Origin: Candidatus Omnitrophota bacterium
GTDB taxonomy: Bacteria > Omnitrophota > Gorgyraeia > VGKH01 > JBHPFN01
Length of the DNA stretch: 64,000 bases
Assembly: GCA_042571725.1 (NCBI GenBank)
Contig: JBHPFN010000004.1
Location: forward strand, 507-64,506
Direction of reading: 5' to 3'
Below the pieces are notes generated by a model. That model was not told the DNA's origin. It searched no databases and was given only the letters and a program-made list of their open reading frames with translations. The position numbers and the translations under genes are program-made. Positions 24,001 to 27,000 of the stretch are shown piece after piece. Numbering within the stretch: the first letter of the stretch is position 1; the number at the start of each line of letters is the position of its first letter.

Positions 24001-27000
24001 TTGTCGGGCAATAAAAAATCATAGCGAATTAGCAAGGTTTCTTTCTGAGCAGGGACCACATGTAGGCGTTGAGATTATTGATTCCGATGAAACACAATTT
24101 AATCCTGCGAATTTTGCTGATTTATCCGAAGACCACCTACTCTTTAATTATGCCCCTCATTTGATTGGAAGATTACAGTTGAGAGAAGGTATGTATAGCA
24201 TGATTGATTCAGGAGTAAACGCATTGACTGCAATTACTACCTTGGGGGGTAGCATCGGTTGTCTTATGTCACGCACTCCCATAACTTCAGCATACCGACA
24301 CCAATTCGCAATAGCGGGAGAAGATCAAGTCAGCGTCAAGCGCTCAGGCGGCGGCGTAATGATGTCGATGTGGGGATTATTTACCACGCTTGCCGGTCTT
24401 TTTTCCGGTGGGATGGTATTGGGTGTGGCAAGCGGGTCAGATGATAGTCATCTCTCCTCGCCGGCACAGACTCTTTCACTCGATTCGATCTCAATCGAAC
24501 GTATTGAAGAAGATGCATATGACGCATTGACTGATGAAATAAACGCACTCATCGAGCCAAGCGCCCAATTTTATGATAATCCTCTCGGTCGAGCTGTATT
24601 GTTTCATCGTCTGTTATCTCAAGGTGATTATTTTACCTTATCCCTTTTTAATATTTGGGAGTTATTAATTAAAGGAAGAAAACTGGTTACTCAGGTTTTA
24701 ACGGCACGTTCGCCAGACGGTCAGCTATGCGGCATACACATGTTGAGTCTGGCAGATACAAGTCGCTATGTAGAAAAATATCCTATGCTAGCAGGGGAGC
24801 AACTTTTTGCAGCTACTGTGGCGGTGTTTCCTCAGGCACGAAGGTTGGGTTTGGGAAGTATGCTTACTCAGATAAGCTTGACTCTTGCTCATAGGCAAGA
24901 TAATGTGAGGCTCTTTAGATTTTCCGCTCTTAAAGGTAATGAGCTTTCAGGCAGAACTATGAATGCTGCAGCACGTACCCTGCAGGCAACACCTCAATAT
25001 CTCGGCGAGAGACATTCTAACCCAGGTGTTTTACTTGATGATTATCTATTGAGCATGAATGGAGATGCGCCATTTTCTGCTCGCGCTGAGGCTCTTTCTA
25101 AAGAAGAAGATAAGACAGGAAGGGGGGCAACGGCTTCGATGGGAGGATTGCTTACTACACTTACCGGCCTTTTCTCCGGCGGGATGGTGTTGGGTGTGGC
25201 AGCACTGACCTTTGTAAATGAGGCAGTACAGCACCAACTTTCTCTGGATGTATTAGACATAGTCAGTGCAGCACTGAAACTTGTATGCGAGGCAGTGCAG
25301 CACCCACTCAATTCAACACATATGGGTGCAGTGCCAACTTCCTTTGCCTATTTATTTGGAATAGTTGGTGCAGAAGCAGGTGAAGGTAACCCGTCGAAGA
25401 AAGCGACAAGAGAAGATTTAAAGCGTCGCGTAAGAGAAAAGAAAATCATATGGTCGCTGACCGATAAGCACAGAGATAAGCTTCCATTGCTTTTGGCTCT
25501 AGATATTATTCCGGGCTTATCAATCAGTGATGTCAGAATTAATCGAAATCGCTTTTTTCATTGGGTTACGACTGTCCGAATGATTGCTGACAGCATTCGG
25601 AGAAAAGAAGATGGATTGTTGTCGGCAGTTACGGATATTGGAGCAACATTATTTCTAGCTCACGCCAGAGCTGAAGCGGACATTTATATAGGCAGTAGGT
25701 CTATAACTCGGAAATCGATTACAGAGGGCCGAAAGATTGCTGCACAAGAAGGCCGAGAGATTTTGGTTTTAGTCTCAAGAGGTATGTATGCACTTAGAAA
25801 AAACATACTTGGACAACTTGAAAGATCTTGTCAGAGGGCTCAAGACAATGGTGCTGACGGAATAATTATTGAGCCATCGAGTAGAAAAGAGGACATTGCA
25901 AGTATCGTTACAGCGCTTAAGCGGAAATTTCCGCAGCTACTCATTGGTATCGGAGTTAGTGCAGGACTGACCGATGCTCATTTACTTTTCAAGGAAACAG
26001 AAGCTGATTTTATTATGATAAGGACTAACTGGATTTCTGATGAGCCTATTAAAGAAGCACCGAGGCTTCGCAGAGACGTTGACGAGGTGCTCGCAGAGAA
26101 AGGCGGAGCAGTTCATTCAACCTTAACGGGAATCACCACACTCACACAGGATATCATAGTAAAGAATCCCCGCACAGGTAAATATGGTAGATTTGCTGAA
26201 AGTCAACTATGCGACTGGAGAGATCCACTGATAGTCAGAACAGCAGAAGAGATTGTGCAGGGTGCAACAACCGATGCAGAAAAGGCGCGCAGGATTTGCG
26301 TATGGCTTAAAGAGAACATCGAATACCATCTTGGCCACGGAGCGTACTGGGATATGCCTGCTTCCGGAACACTCGCTACCCGAGATAAAGAACCTAATAA
26401 GGGTAAGATTAAAGCGCACTGTTTTAATTGTGCGAATATACAGGTTGCGATGTTACGTGCTGTAGGTGTTTTTGCACGTTACGCGTCCGTTGAGAGAGAG
26501 ATGGTTGCGGCTAAGAATTTACTTCCTTCGTGGGCATTAGCAAGGATGAGGATATTCAGACATATCTTTGCAGAGGTTTTTGTTGACGGAGCATGGCGCA
26601 GATTCGATGTTACCATGGATGATGATTTTGATACGCCCGGAGAGTGGGAAAAACATGATTCACCGGAGACGCAAGAAGAATACGCAATTTTAGATGCGTA
26701 TGCTTTCGAACAAGCCAAGAGAGATACCCATGCCGAGCGCGACGCAATCGACGATTTTCTTCAGGAAAGACTGCGAAGGCAATTAAGCCGCGGCGGGAGC
26801 CTTGCTACATTCTTTACTCAATGGAGAGAGTGGCATCCTGCTAGAGATGAAGAAGAAGCAAGGTTGCTTAAAGAAAGAGTAGTTTTATGCATTCAGCATT
26901 CGAGAGATGTCACATCGGAGTTTCGGGAAGCTTTAATAGCATTGCAAGAAGATGTGCTGAATTTCGTTTCGACATTCGGGTACACAGAAATTATGAGAGA

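Noticed and set aside
4706-25200. Regularly recurring short DNA repeat that could suggest a CRISPR array or an integron attC series
   Set aside because: Spacing is 0.7-3.5 kb, not 25-70 bp. The repeats are translated in frame as part of a hydrophobic helix. There is no palindromic repeat structure, and no cas or intI gene nearby.
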